Shown: one piece after another, positions 1-12,177 of the stretch
Layout of the letters: each line of letters starts with the position of its first letter
How positions within the stretch are numbered: position 1 is the stretch's first letter
DNA from: Malacoraja senta
Lineage: Eukaryota
Length of the DNA: 64,000 nucleotides
Direction: 5' to 3'
Assembly (NCBI GenBank): GCA_038087875.1
Contig: CM075978.1
Coordinates: 177,320,001-177,384,000 of the forward strand
Program-made: the position numbers and the translations under genes
The notes under the pieces: generated by a model
Database searches by the model: none
What the model was told of the DNA's origin: nothing
What the model saw: the letters and a program-made list of their open reading frames with translations, nothing else

Positions 1-1433
1 AGTCTACTTTCCTGTTTTTGCCACCAAAGTGGATAACCTCACATTTATCCACATTATACTGCATCTGCCATGCATTTGCCCACTCACCCATCCTATCCAA
101 GTCATCTTGCAGCCTCCTAGCATCCTCCTCACAGCTAACACTGCCCCCCCAGCTTTGTGTCATCCGCAAACTTGGAGATGTTGCATTCAATTCCCTCGTC
201 CAAATCATTAATATATATTGTAAATAGCTGGGGTCCCAGCACAGAGCCTTGCGGTACCCCACTAGTCACTGCCTGCCATTCTGAAAAGGACCCGTTTACT
301 CCTACTCTTTGCTTCCTGTTTGCCAGCCAGTTCTCTATCCACATCAATACTGAACCCCCAATACCGGGTGCTTTACGTTTGTATACTAATCTCTTATGTG
401 GGACCTTGTCGAAAGCCTTCTGAAAGTCCAGATATAACACATCCACTGGTTCTCCCTTATCCACTCTACTAGTTACATCCTCGAAAAATTCTATAAGATT
501 CGTCAGACATGATTTACCTTTCATAAATCCATGCTGACTTTGTCCAATGATTTCACCACTTTCCAAATGTGCTGCTAACCCATCTTTAATAACTGACTAG
601 CAGTTTCCCCACTACCGATGTTAGACTAACTGGTCTGTAATTCCCCGATTTCTCTCTCCCTCCCTTTTTAAAAAGTGGGGTTACATTAGCTACCCTCCAA
701 TCCTCAGGAACTACTCCAGAATCTAAAGAGTTTTGAAAAATTATCACTAATGCATCCACTATTTCTGGGGCTACTTCCTTAAGTATTCTGGGATGCAGCC
801 TATCTGGCCCTGGGGATTTATCGGCCTTTAATCCATTCAATTTACCTAACACCACTTCCCGGCTAACCTGGATTTCACTCAGTTCCTCCATCTCATTTGA
901 CCCCCGGTCCCCTGCTATTTCCGGCAGATTAATTAAGTCTTCCTTAGTGAAGACAGAACCAAAGTAGTTATTCAATTGGTCTGCCATGTCCTTGTTCCCC
1001 ATGATCAATTCACCTGTTTCTGACTGCAAGGGACCTACATTTGTTTTAACTAATCTTTTTCTCTTCACATATCTATAAAAACTTTTACAGTCAGTTTTTA
1101 TGTTCCCTGCCAGTTTTCTTTCATAATCTATTTCGCCTTTCCTAATTAAACCCTTTGTCCTCCTCTGCTGGACTCTGAATTTCTCCCAGTCCTCTGGTAG
1201 GCTGTTTTTTCTGGCTAATTTGTATGCTTCATCTTTTGTTTTGATACTATCCCTGATTTCCCTTGTTATCCACGGATGCACTACCTTCCCTGATTTATTC
1301 TTTTGCCAAACTGGGATGAACAATTGTTGTAGTTCATCCATGCAGCCTTTAAATGCCTACCATTGCATATCCACCGTCAACCCTTTAAGAATCAATTGCC
1401 AGTCTATCTTGGCCAATTCACGTCTCATACCCT
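1..1433 (-). mobile_element. CR1-clade LINE ORF2 fragment (5'-truncated, frameshifted), apparently inserted in the Gypsy gag
   Basis: ORFs 135..566 and 586..1341: [58 protein letters not shown]. Confidence 0.92.
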
Positions 1434-2482
1434 CATTAATTATCCTTTGTGGATTGCAGCAGCACTGGAAGCTGTTGAGGAACAATTTCACTGCATGAAA
1501 TTGAAAGATTCCAAGACTGGGCAAGTTAACCAGCTGTCCTACGGTAGATCAAGAAATATGCCTGAATGTGGGATCGAGTGTTACAGATGTGGCAACAAGG
1601 GTCACATAGGGAAAGATGCATGTTGTCCAGCAAAAGGTAGAACATGTAGGAAATGTGGAGATAAAGATCATTTTGCAAAGGATTGTAAAAGTAAGGCCAG
1701 GGATAAGACAAGTGATTACAACAAGAAAGGGAAGTCCAGTGGATAGAAAGACAGACCTTGGCAGAAAAAGAAGGGTCATGTCTGCCACATAGAAGGTGAT
1801 TTCGGAAGTGATGAAGACAGTGATGAAGCTGGTGAGCATGCTGTTAAAAGGAATTATCAGTTTGCATTGAATGAGAGCGATCACAAGAAAGTTGCAGTGA
1901 CCATCGGAGGTGTTACAGTGCCAGTGATTGTAGAATCTGGTAGCGACAGCAACGTAATTGACAGATCACTTTGGGAATGCTTGAAACAGCAGAAAATCAA
2001 GTGCACGTCAAGGAGGTGTAGTAGGAAGTTATATCCATACACCGCAACTAAACCATTGCAGACCATTGGATGTTTCACGGCTAAAGTAGAAGTTGGAGAT
2101 AGAGAAACTGAAGCAGAATTCGTGGTGATAGAGGAGAAGGGAGAACCTCTGCTGAGTAGAAATGCAGCTCGAGAGCTGGGAGTGCTTCACATCGGAGTGC
2201 ATGTCAATTCAGTGCAGTCATATGATGACATGAGGCAGGAATTTCACTAAGTATTCCAAGGGGTTGGAAAATTGAAAGGCCGGTAAGTGAAGTTAGCCAT
2301 TGATGAAAATGTCAAGCCGACAGCTCAACCGGTTCGGAGAACGGCATTTGGACTTCGTGGAAAAGTAGAAGCTAAAATCAAGGAGTTGATTGATCAGGAC
2401 TATTGAACCAGTTGAACGTTCGACACCTTGGGTGAGTCAGGTTGTGAATGTGCCGAAACCCAATGATGACATTAGACTGTGC

Positions 2483-3313
2483 CAAGCACGGAAATCGCTA
2501 TCAAAATATGAGGCGGACCGGGGGACACAATATCTTGGCGGGCGCGCGCGCATGCGCACACTCACACACACACGCGAGGCTTCGGAGGACCTGTGAACGG
2601 TAATTTCAGCTCAATCCAGCACTAAATGCAGCTCAACTCTGCCTGTCTTGCCGGGTTAACCTTCAGCCCTGCGTGGACTGATGACATATTTCCCGTAAAT
2701 CCAGGCAGGGCTGTAGGTTAACCTGGCGGGACAGGCAGAGTTGAGCTGGATTAAGCGCTGCTTCTCTGCGCTGGCTGTGGGCCTGGAGGCACTGCTCCCG
2801 TCTGACTCCCGACGTCTCTGGCCACCCCCGGGTGTGGGGGGCTCTCGGGTGGGGATGGGGATGGTCCAGTGGTGGTTCAGCAGCAATTGCAGCGCCGGAG
2901 ACCCGGGATCGATCCTGGCTGTGGATGAGGCACAGGTCTGTGTCCAGGGCAGCCAAGAGTGTTTTTCGCGTGTGACTATGACCTGGGCACGTCTCCCTCC
3001 TCCCTCCTTCGCTCTATCCTCAGTCCCACCCCCCTACTTCCGCCTCTGACCGACACCTCCCTCCTCCAATCATCGCGCTGAATCATCATGGTCCCGCCCC
3101 ATTGCCTGCTGACCGACGTCTCTCTCATCCAATCGGCGCCCTTGATCAGCAGTCCCACACCCACAGTCGCGGAAAGCGGAGATTTCACTGGGTTTTAAAA
3201 TCTGGATTACAAAAAATGGGGGGGATTGTCCCCCACCTCTCAAAACAGGCGGGACATGTCCCCCCTGGCTGCCCCCCCCCTCCCCCACCCGCCCCCCCGG
3301 ATTTCCGGACCTG
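2483..3313. mobile_element. Non-autonomous hAT-type DNA transposon inserted in the Gypsy RT
   Basis: 8-bp TSD GACTGTGC (2475-2482 and 3314-3321); imperfect 14-bp TIRs CAAGCACGGAAATC / GATTTCCGGACCTG; removing it restores DDIRLC-VDMRRAN. Confidence 0.88.
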
Positions 3314-5469
3314 GACTGTGCGTTGACATGAGGAGAGCTAACGAGGCAATAATCAGAGAAAGACACCCAATTCCTACGATTGATGAGGTGCTACAAGTAT
3401 TATCAACCAGTAATGTGTTTCCAAAATTGATCTCAAGTGGGATTATCATCAGTTGGAATTACAACCAGAGTCAAGAGAGGTGACAACATTTGTCACTCAC
3501 TGCGGATTTAACCGATACAAAAGACTGATGTTTCGAATCAATGCTGCTCCCGAGATCTATCAATACGAAATCCACAGAGTGATTGAAGGTGTACCTGGAG
3601 TAGCAAACATATCAGATGACATCATCGTCCATGCATCAATTCGTGAAGAGCATGACAGGAGGTTGAAGCTAGTGTTGACTAAACTTCAAGAAGCAGGTCT
3701 CACTGTGAATGAAGACAAGTGCAAGTTTGGCATCTCTGAGATGGATTTCATGGGACACAGACTCACAAGTGAAGGGCTGAACCCAGCCAAAGCTAAAGTG
3801 AAAGCTGTTGCAGATGCACATGAACCTCAGAATGCAATCGAATGAGGAGTTTTCTAAGACTGGTCAATTATTGTGCAAAATTTATTCCAAATTTTGCTAC
3901 AATGGCAGATCCGCTGAGAAAGTTGACCAGGAAAGACGTACCGTTCCAGTTTGGTAGTGAACAGAGACAGGCATTCAAATCACTGAAACAGAGTCTAATG
4001 AGTGCAGAAACCCTTAGATATTATGATCCAGCTGCATCAATAAAAGCCATAGCAGATGCTAGTCCGGTCAGCTTAGGAGCAGTGCTGGTACGGACACATG
4101 CAGATGGACCCAGAATCATAGCATATGCCAGTCGATCGTTAACCAGCGTGGAGAGAAGGTATTCTCAAAGAGAAAGAAGCACTGGGACTAGTGTGGGCCT
4201 GTGAAAGGTTCCATGCATACTTGTACGGCATTCAATTTGAACTTGTTACAGATCACAAGCCGCTGGAAGTGATCTATTCGACAAGGTCTAAGCCACGTGC
4301 CAGAATAGAACGTTGGGTGCTGAGACTCCAACAGTACAAGTACAAAGTAGTCCACATTGGGAAAGCAAACATCACGGACCCGCTGTCGAGACGGTTGAAG
4401 GATGAACAGCTGGAAGCAACATCCACGCTAGAGATGGAAGCGGAGAACTTTGTGCGCTTTGTCGCAATTCAGTCAACGCCAGGAGCCGTGACAACGAAGG
4501 AAGTTGAAAGGGAATCAGAACATCATCCTGAACTCAAAGATATCAGTGAGCGTATACACAGTGGGCAATGGGATCAATGCCCTTACAAAGCATATGTTCC
4601 CATAAAAGATTAATTTTGTGTAATTGGTCAGTGTGTGCTGAGAGGTAGCAGATTGGTGATCCCGCAGGCACTACGTCCAAGGATCGTGTCATTAGCGCAT
4701 GAAGGACATTTAGGCATCGTCGGTTGTAACAGAATTTGCGGAGCAAAGTGTGGTGGCCAGGTTGTGCGAAAGATGTCGGAAAATTTGTCAAGACATGTCA
4801 CGGATGCCAAATCGCAAGCAGGAGCAACCCACCAGAACCAATTAGAAGTTCAAAGTTGCAACAGGACCATGGGTTGACATAGCTGTCGACTTTCTTGGAT
4901 CACTTCCAACAGGTGAATCAATTATGGTAGTGGTAGACTACTATAGTAGGTACTATGAGTATGCAGTGATCAAGTCAACTACAGCAGAAAAGACTGTACA
5001 GGCATTAGCAGAGATCTTCGCCAGACATGGGTTGCCTGTTACATTACAATGGGCCACAGTTTGTTTCTGAGACATTTGCTGAATACATGAGAATCACAGG
5101 TATCCATCATCACAAGGTAACTCCGAAATGGCCACAAGCTAACGGAGAAGTAGAGAGACAAAACCAGTCCATAGAGAAGAGGATACGAATCACCCATGCC
5201 GAAGGGAAATACTGTTAGCATACGTAGCTGTATATCGGGCGATCACTCACTCAACGACAGGGAAAAATCCAGCAGAAGCTCTGTTTGGAAGGAAAATTCG
5301 CACTAAAATACCAGAAGTGCAAGAGATCATGGAAGACAAGGAGCTGAGAGACTGTGATGCTGAAAAGAAAGGTGCGGCAAAATGGTACGCTGACTTGAAA
5401 CGAGGAGCCAGGTACTCTGAAATAATGCCTGGGGATGATGTGCTTGTGAGGCGAGATGATGGCGGTAAG

Positions 5470-5811
5470 ATAATAATAATAATAATGGATGGGATTTATA
5501 TAGCGCCTTTCTAATACTCAAGGCGCTTTACATCACATTATTCATTCACTCCTCAGTCACACTCGGTGGTGGTGAGCTACTTCTGTAGCCACAGCTTCCC
5601 TGGGGCAGACTGACGGAAGCGTGGCTGCTAATCTGCGCCTACGGCCCCTCCGACCACCACCAATCACTCACACACATTCACACACATTCACACGCAGGCA
5701 AAGGTGGGTGAAGTGTCTTGCCCAAGGACACAACGACAGTATGCACTCCAAGCGGGATTCAAACCGGCTACCTTCCGGTTGCCAGCCGAACACTTAGCCC
5801 ATTGCGCCATC
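5470..5811 (-). mobile_element. tRNA-derived CORE-SINE (AFC-like) with L2-type tail, inserted in the Gypsy pol C-terminus
   Basis: A box TGGCGCAATGG, B box GGTTTGAATCC, CORE GTGTCCTTGGGCAAGACACTTCACCC, tail AAAGGCGCTATATAAAT...(ATT)n. Confidence 0.82.
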
Positions 5812-6180
5812 ACTCCTTACCATGGCCAGCCATACAATGTTGTATCGAGGAGCGGCAGCATGGTGACAGTCAAGTCTCCAGATAGTGTTATCTACAAGAG
5901 AAATGTATCGACCGTCAAAAAGTACATGTCCAGGGACACACAAAATTAGGTGGCCAAAAATTCACCAAGAGCTACTGATTCAGAGGGGCCTGATGACATT
6001 TCCGAGGTGGTGACTAGAGTTCCAGTGGCAGCACGCTGCAACGCAGGTGGTGAGCAGAGAAGGTGTCTGGGTGACAACACTTTGGCAGATTCAACAGGCT
6101 CTAATGCTTCTGTGCCAACTGGTAGACCAAACCGTGAAAGGAGAGTCCCCAAGCGATACGACGATTTTGTGTGATAGATT

Positions 6181-6240
6181 ATGATACTGTTTAGTATGAT
6201 ACTGTTTATTATAATATTGTTTATTATAATACTGTTTATT
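6181..6240. repeat. 15-bp tandem repeat x4 (ATRATAYTGTTTAKT)
   Basis: Visible directly; lies in the Gypsy 3' untranslated region. Confidence 0.85.
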
Positions 6241-6426
6241 ATGAGCAAGGAGTTTATTAAGGTTACAAGAGTGTAAAAAGTTGCATTTGTTTTGTAGTTG
6301 TAATGCATCTGTTTCGTGAGTTATTGGAACACAAATGAAAACACATATGTTTTGTAAGAATTTAATTGGAAAGTATATTCGAAAGAACACAAATTAATTT
6401 AAAGTTTAGTTCTGGTAAAGGAGGGA

Positions 6427-6632
6427 TGTCATGACGATGAGTCATGATGATGATATGCAAATATCTTGACCTTTGTATCAGATGACTTGGAGGTCAGATC
6501 GCATGTGCGCTGTGGAAGCCTAGGCAGGAGGCCATGGCCGAGTGAGATAATAAACACGGAGACCAAGGAATATGACCTATAAATATTGTGTTAGTATTAT
6601 TATTATTCCACATGTGAGGCCAGGATGTGACG
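6427..6632 (+). repeat. Probable 3' LTR of the Gypsy element
   Basis: Polypurine tract AAAGGAGGGA directly before TGTCA; internal AATAAA at about 6549; ends ...TGTGAC(G). Confidence 0.6.
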
Positions 6633-6775
6633 GGGTAAACTCACTATCCGCAATAACTCACCACCCAGAGTAACACCCCGGCCGGGGGTAAACCCGCCCT
6701 CTAGAGTAACTGTCCATTTAGGGTGACACTCTGTCCGAGGTAGCGCACAGTCAGGGGTAACTCAGTGAGTCGCTC
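6632..6775. repeat. Degenerate ~18-bp minisatellite (GGTAAC core)
   Basis: About 8 diverged units beginning GGGGTAA(A)C. Confidence 0.5.
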
Positions 6776-8929
6776 TGGGTGGTCAGTTACCCTGCAATGG
6801 AGCTGCCTGCTGCAGCACCAGTCTTTGTACGAACCGCCACATCCTCACACTATGCTCGTCCTTGTGAATGCCCAGACAGCAACAAAATACCTGCCTGCTT
6901 TAGGGTTAACTGCTGGCTTGGCAGTCATATTATTCATGCTTGGCAGTCAGGTTATGCAATGTTTGTACTTATGTTTTACCATAGCGTGCTAGTTGAATTC
7001 CGAAATTGCAAGCGGCCACGTCAAGCAGACTGTAGTATGTCATTTGCTGCCAACAGTTTAATGTACATTACAAATTAAAACAAGACTTTGTACAGAGACA
7101 TGATTCCCTGTAGTTTACTCAGAATGTTGAAAATGGTTGATCAGTGGGAAAGACATGATTTAAAGTTGTTCCTTCACTTTGCACCAGTACAGAGCATCAT
7201 TGGGAATGGAAGAGACTATTTCACCCCTTGAGCCTATTGTGGCATTCAGTTAGATCCTCAATGGTCTGTATCCTCCTCGGATTCATTTATCAGTCTCATG
7301 AAAACCCCACCAAACAAAGAACTACTCATTTTATTCTTGGAGGCAAGAACAGTCCTTTGGGGGGAGAGAATTCCAGTTTTCCACAACTGTGTGGAAAAAT
7401 CCATCCCATTTTTACTGTTGAACAGCCAGCTCTAACGTTAAGATTAATCCACATAATTTTTCATTTTTTTAACAAAGGAAAAATGTTCCTACAACCACCG
7501 TTTAAAACATTTTACACACACTGATCAAATCACTCCTCATTCTCTGTAACTGAAGGAATACAAGCCAGGGTGTAGCAGTGAGAGGCAAGAGAAAATAAGA
7601 TACTTTACTGGGGATGTGGACAGGATGTTTCCTCTTCTGGAGAGAATTGAGAACTGGGGAGGGAGTTGGGGGGGGGGGGGGGTCAATGTTTCAACAACAA
7701 CAGGTTGCCATTTAATACAGAGATTAAAGCTGAAGCTTTCCTCTCAGAGAGTCAAGAGGCTTTAAAACTTCATTCTTCAAATCCCGGTGGAAGAAGAACA
7801 TTTGAATATTTTGATAAAAGAGGTAGACAGATTCATAACAAATAAATGGGTGAAAGGTTACTGGAGGTTGCTGGGATTTGAGGTTACAATTAGATCAGCC
7901 GATTCTTGCTCCTGGTTTATGCAACCTGTTCTGATATTATTCGGGTGATTTGGTTCAAGGTTGGGACTGAAGCTGAGGTCCGGAAGTCCTCTGCACTTGT
8001 GAAGCATCACTTTGCACAACTACACCATTGTGTGTGGGAAGTTCAACACTTGGTATAGTCAGAGATATTAACGGCAACTGTTCTTCCTAATGATGCCGAA
8101 CATTTACCTCCCTGGACATCTGAAGTCTGCATAAATTCTACAAGACAGTGAAAAGAAAAAGACTGCATGAAAGCAATACACATGCTTAAAAGCCCATTTC
8201 CTAAGCTAGCTGCCAACTTAGCTTCACAAAGTCAGAATGTAAGAAGGTGTTCTTGCGCTGAAAATTCCCTCTAGAGCCACCTTGACTCACTTTCCCCATA
8301 TCCCTCAGTTCCCATAATGTACAGACGTCTATCAACCTCTGCTTTGACTGCACTCAGTGAGTGAGTACCCTTCCATGTAGAGAATTGCATGGGATCCCCC
8401 TCTGAGTAAAGATATCTCGTATCATCTCAGCACTGATTAGCCGGTCCTTATTCTGAAAATAAGCCCTCCATTTCTAGATGCCTCATCCAGGGAAACATCC
8501 TCTTGCATCAAATCAGTCAAGCCCTTTAGGAAGTTTCAATGGGATGTCCTCTTAAACTGGAAAGAAAACAGTTCCAGTCTGCTCTTTATATAATAAACCC
8601 ACCATCACTGGAACCAGTACAGTTATTCTTCACTACATTCTCTCGCTGAGAGCATCCTTCCTTAGAGAGAGAGCCATAGAGTTATACAGCCTTTGGCCCA
8701 GCCATGTTGACCAAGATGTCTATTTGAGCTAGTCCTATTTCCCTCTAAGTTATCTATCCATATACCTGTCTAAATGTCTTTTAAACATTGTATTTGTACC
8801 TCCCCCACAGCTTCCTCTGGCAATTGATAAGGAGCTGAAAGCCATATAATACTCCAGATCTTATCTATATAATTACAACGAGAATTCCTTACTGTTGTAT
8901 TGAATCCTCGATGACCATCACTACAGGAG

Positions 8930-10550
8930 CACCTAAATGCTGTGTGTTCAGTCCCCTGCTTTACTCTCTCTACACCCATGACTGTGTAGCCAGACGCAGC
9001 TCCGATGCCATTTTAAATTCACCAATTATACCACTGTCGTTGGGGTGAATAACCGGTACAATGAATCAGGATACGGAGGGAGGATGATAATCTGATTAAA
9101 GGGTGCCAGAATCTTGTTCCCAATGTTCACACGATCAACGAGTTGATGTAGACTTCAATCAAGGGAAAGCTGAGATCCATAAACTTCTTTTCATCAACAA
9201 GACTGCGGTGGAGAGCGTCAACAGCTTCAAGTTCAAATCTTTAATGTCAGAGGGCGGCCCTAATCTACATTCTCTCGCTAACGATATCTCAAAGATGCTT
9301 CCTTGACTGTGGTTTAATAACTGCGAAGAAACTTATACTTAAATTCTGGAAAAAGATAACAGTCCCCATAGTGAAGATGTGGATCACAGAAATGACCGAG
9401 ACACTACATCTAGAAAAAATAAGGCTTGTCTTGACTGACAAACCAGATCAATTTTCCAAAATATGGTCTCCTTTTATTGAATTTCTTCAACAACATAATG
9501 GTTGAACACAAACTCAAACCGACGCTTGGGTCGGGTGAGCGGGCGTATGGAAGGGCAGTGGGATATATCTCCGCTTCTCTCACTCCTTCGTTAGTTCTGG
9601 GGTTTTCCTTTTTTCTTTTTCGTGGTTTTGTTGAAATTCTTTCTTTTCTTTTTCTTTTCTTCTTTCTTTCCCATTTTTCCTTTTCCTTTTTTTATCCGAT
9701 CTAGTTATTAGTTTATAAAATGTTAAAACGGAAGCAGTACGAAAATTGTATAACTGTTATGTCGATTATTTTCTCTTTGTACAATTGCTTCTAATAAAAA
9801 AAGTTCAAATCTTTGAAGATCTGTTTCTGGTTCCAGCATACTGATGCAATCAGAAAAAAGGTTCATCAACACTTCTACCTCCTTAGAAGCTTGAGGAGAT
9901 CGGTATGTTGCTGAATACGGATACTTGGATTCTATGGATGCTTGGTAGCGCAAACCCCCAGGAATGAGGGGGCTGCACAAAGTGGTAGATATCGCCCAGT
10001 CCATCACAGTCATTGACATCCCCTCCATTGAATGGATCTACAGGAGGCGCTGCCTCAAAATGGCAGCTAACATCATCAAAGATTCACTCCACCCTGACCA
10101 TGCTCTAAACTCACTACTACCATCAGAAGAAGAAACAGGACACTGAAAAACATGACCCCTCCCCCGGGTCAAAAGCAGCTTCTTCCCAGCAATCATCAGA
10201 CCCTGAACAGTACACACCCACCACAATTCGACAGCAACCAGGATCTAGTATTCCCTGGGAAACGTCTTTTCATTTTGCACTGTACAACTGTTGCTTGCAA
10301 GATGACAATAAAGGTTGATTGATTGATTGATTGATTGATTGAACTTTATATTTGTCACACCACATTCTTGGGTCTTGCACTATTATAGCTGGTTACCTTG
10401 TACTATTGATTATTCATTTATTGTATCGTTGATTATTATTGTTGTTTATTTATTTGTTGTGGTGCTGCAATACTGTGCCTGTAAAACTGCAGCAAGTAAA
10501 CATGTCATTGCTCTGTCCCGGTACATCTGACAATTAAACACCCTTGACTC
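8930..10550 (+). mobile_element. Decayed Rex1/Babar-like LINE 3' fragment, interrupted by L1 and a (GATT)n-tailed piece
   Basis: Similar to the 55485-56500 copy (SLYTHDCVA, AVESVNSFK, IYRRRCLKMAANIIKD). Confidence 0.7.
9243..9800 (+). mobile_element. 5'-truncated L1-clade LINE 3' end
   Basis: 14-bp TSD AAGTTCAAATCTTT (9229-9242 and 9801-9814); ORF2 C-terminus-like GLITAKKLILKFWKK..P...W...EKIR...FSKIWSPF; AATAAA followed by an A tail. Confidence 0.8.
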
Positions 10551-11649
10551 ATTGCCAACATCCAAGGAAGCATCAGTGTCTATAGATTCAGCTCAGTAAA
10601 ACTCAATATCAGTGGCCATGAGTAGAGCCCAGGAACAGCAATGCCAGTGCTTATAATCAGTGAACATTATCAATTTAAGCAAAATTGACAAATAATACTT
10701 ATATCTGAAAACAACAAAATTCTCATGACAGAAAATAACGTGGATTTCATCAAATAGATCTTACAGAAAGGTGACTGGTGTAGAAACGATGGAAAATGAT
10801 GAATTATTTTGGGCTGAGACATGAAGGGTGTAGATTGGCGTCTTGGCAAAGAATGAGCTAGTCCTGAGGATTTGTCACTCTTTGGTCACTTACATTGTAT
10901 TGACCTGAGTTACATGGAGAGCTGGTCTTTCTGATTCAATATTAGCTTCCCTGAACGTGGGCAACACTTCCTCCACTCTAATTACTTGCACTAGACATGC
11001 ATTCAACATGCCCACCACTTCCTTATATTCATTTACAATGGCAATACCACTCAATTTTCTGACCACTCAATTTTCTCGAATATGTTTCTGCGGCCTTTGC
11101 CATCTCTAACGATTCTTTGCATGCTTCTTTTTAGTAACTCTGATGTTCTTTGTAACTCTCCCAGTCATCTTATTTCTTGTCATGTTTTGGATTTACAAAC
11201 ATTTTTCATTGTCACACATGTTATCCATAGTTGGGGATTTGTTGCTTGGAATAGAAAATTCTTGTCTCTTGTGAACACAAACTGGTTTTGAAAAGCACAA
11301 AGATCCCTTTTGTCATGGCATCAGGGCCCAAGCCGACCGCCTTCTCCTTTTCCGGGGTTATGTCCATGAAAAAAAACACACATTGTCCATGGGCACCATT
11401 GAGTGGTTCTGGGACTGCCGGGCACTGCGAGGGATTGACTGTATCCTGGGTCAAGACTGTACTATAGTAAGTCGATGTTCAGCCATAAGAATACTTGCCA
11501 TTTTTGTATTATGGTGGTGGGCGCTTTGTCATTGTTCGTTGTATAAATTTTATTGTAAATAATCGAATAAATATAATTTTTTTAATGAAGATCACTTTTG
11601 AAAATTTCCAACTGCTCGTCTGTTCATTTTGCCATTTACAATGTAGTTT

Positions 11650-11998
11650 CCTAAAAGGATGGATAAGATAGAAAGTCAGAACCTTTTTCACCAGGATGAA
11701 AAAATCAAATACTAGAGGGCATAGCTTTAAGATGCCAGGCGCAAAGTTTAAAGGAGATGTGCAGGGCAAGGCTTTTTTTATGGAGGGTGGTGAGTGCCTG
11801 GAATGTGCTGCTGGGGGTGGTGGTGGAAGCAGGTAAAATAGTGGGTTTTAAGAGACTTTTAGATAGGCATATGGATATGCAGGGTTGGAGGGATATGGAT
11901 TATGTGCAGGTAGATAACAGATGGTCTTGGCTTCATGTTTGGCACAGACATAGTGGGCTGAAGGACCTGTTCCTGTACTGTCCTGTTCCAGGTTCTAT
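11650..11998 (+). mobile_element. CR1 LINE 3' end fragment
   Basis: TRGHSFK / RVVSAWN-like sequence and typical CR1 3' tail. Confidence 0.75.
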
Positions 11999-12034
11999 TA
12001 CGTTGAAGTCAGGCATACCTATATCTAGGAACTT

Positions 12035-12177
12035 CTTCTTCCTCTTGTTGCGTATGGCGTGCACAGCCTAAAGTTGTAGGACAACTTGTTCTATTTGATC
12101 TTATTTGATTGTGCACGCCAGGTTGATTGCATTCGTCGAAACAGGGCGGACCACGTGAAGGTTGCAATCTCCCGCCC
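12035..12177 (-). mobile_element. 143-bp non-autonomous retroposon with ribozyme head and (GAA)n-like tail (RTE-type SINE-like element)
   Basis: 12-bp TSD ATCTAGGAACTT (12023-12034 and 12178-12189); 3' end ...CAAGAGGAAGAAG; no tRNA A/B boxes; 11-bp and 7-bp stems in the 3' half. Confidence 0.8.
12125..12177 (-). ncRNA. Minimal HDV-like (CPEB3-type) self-cleaving ribozyme motif
   Basis: P1 GGGCGG/CCGCCC(U), P2 GAUUGCA/UGCAAUC, P3 ACC/GGU, L3 UUCACGU, P1.1' GU, 5-nt P4 remnant UUCGA, J4/2 CGAA. Confidence 0.8.

Larger units (their letters stand above)
1434..6632 (+). mobile_element. Decayed Gypsy/Ty3 LTR retrotransposon (gag C-terminus, PR, RT, RNase H, IN, PPT, 3' LTR)
   Basis: Two CCHC knuckles (1363..1746); protease-like VIVESGS; RT IRLCVDMR and ISDDII; RNase H ADAS and TDHKPL; integrase AHEGHLG, NGPQF, NGEVER; order RT-RH-IN; many stops and frameshifts. 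Confidence 0.92.
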
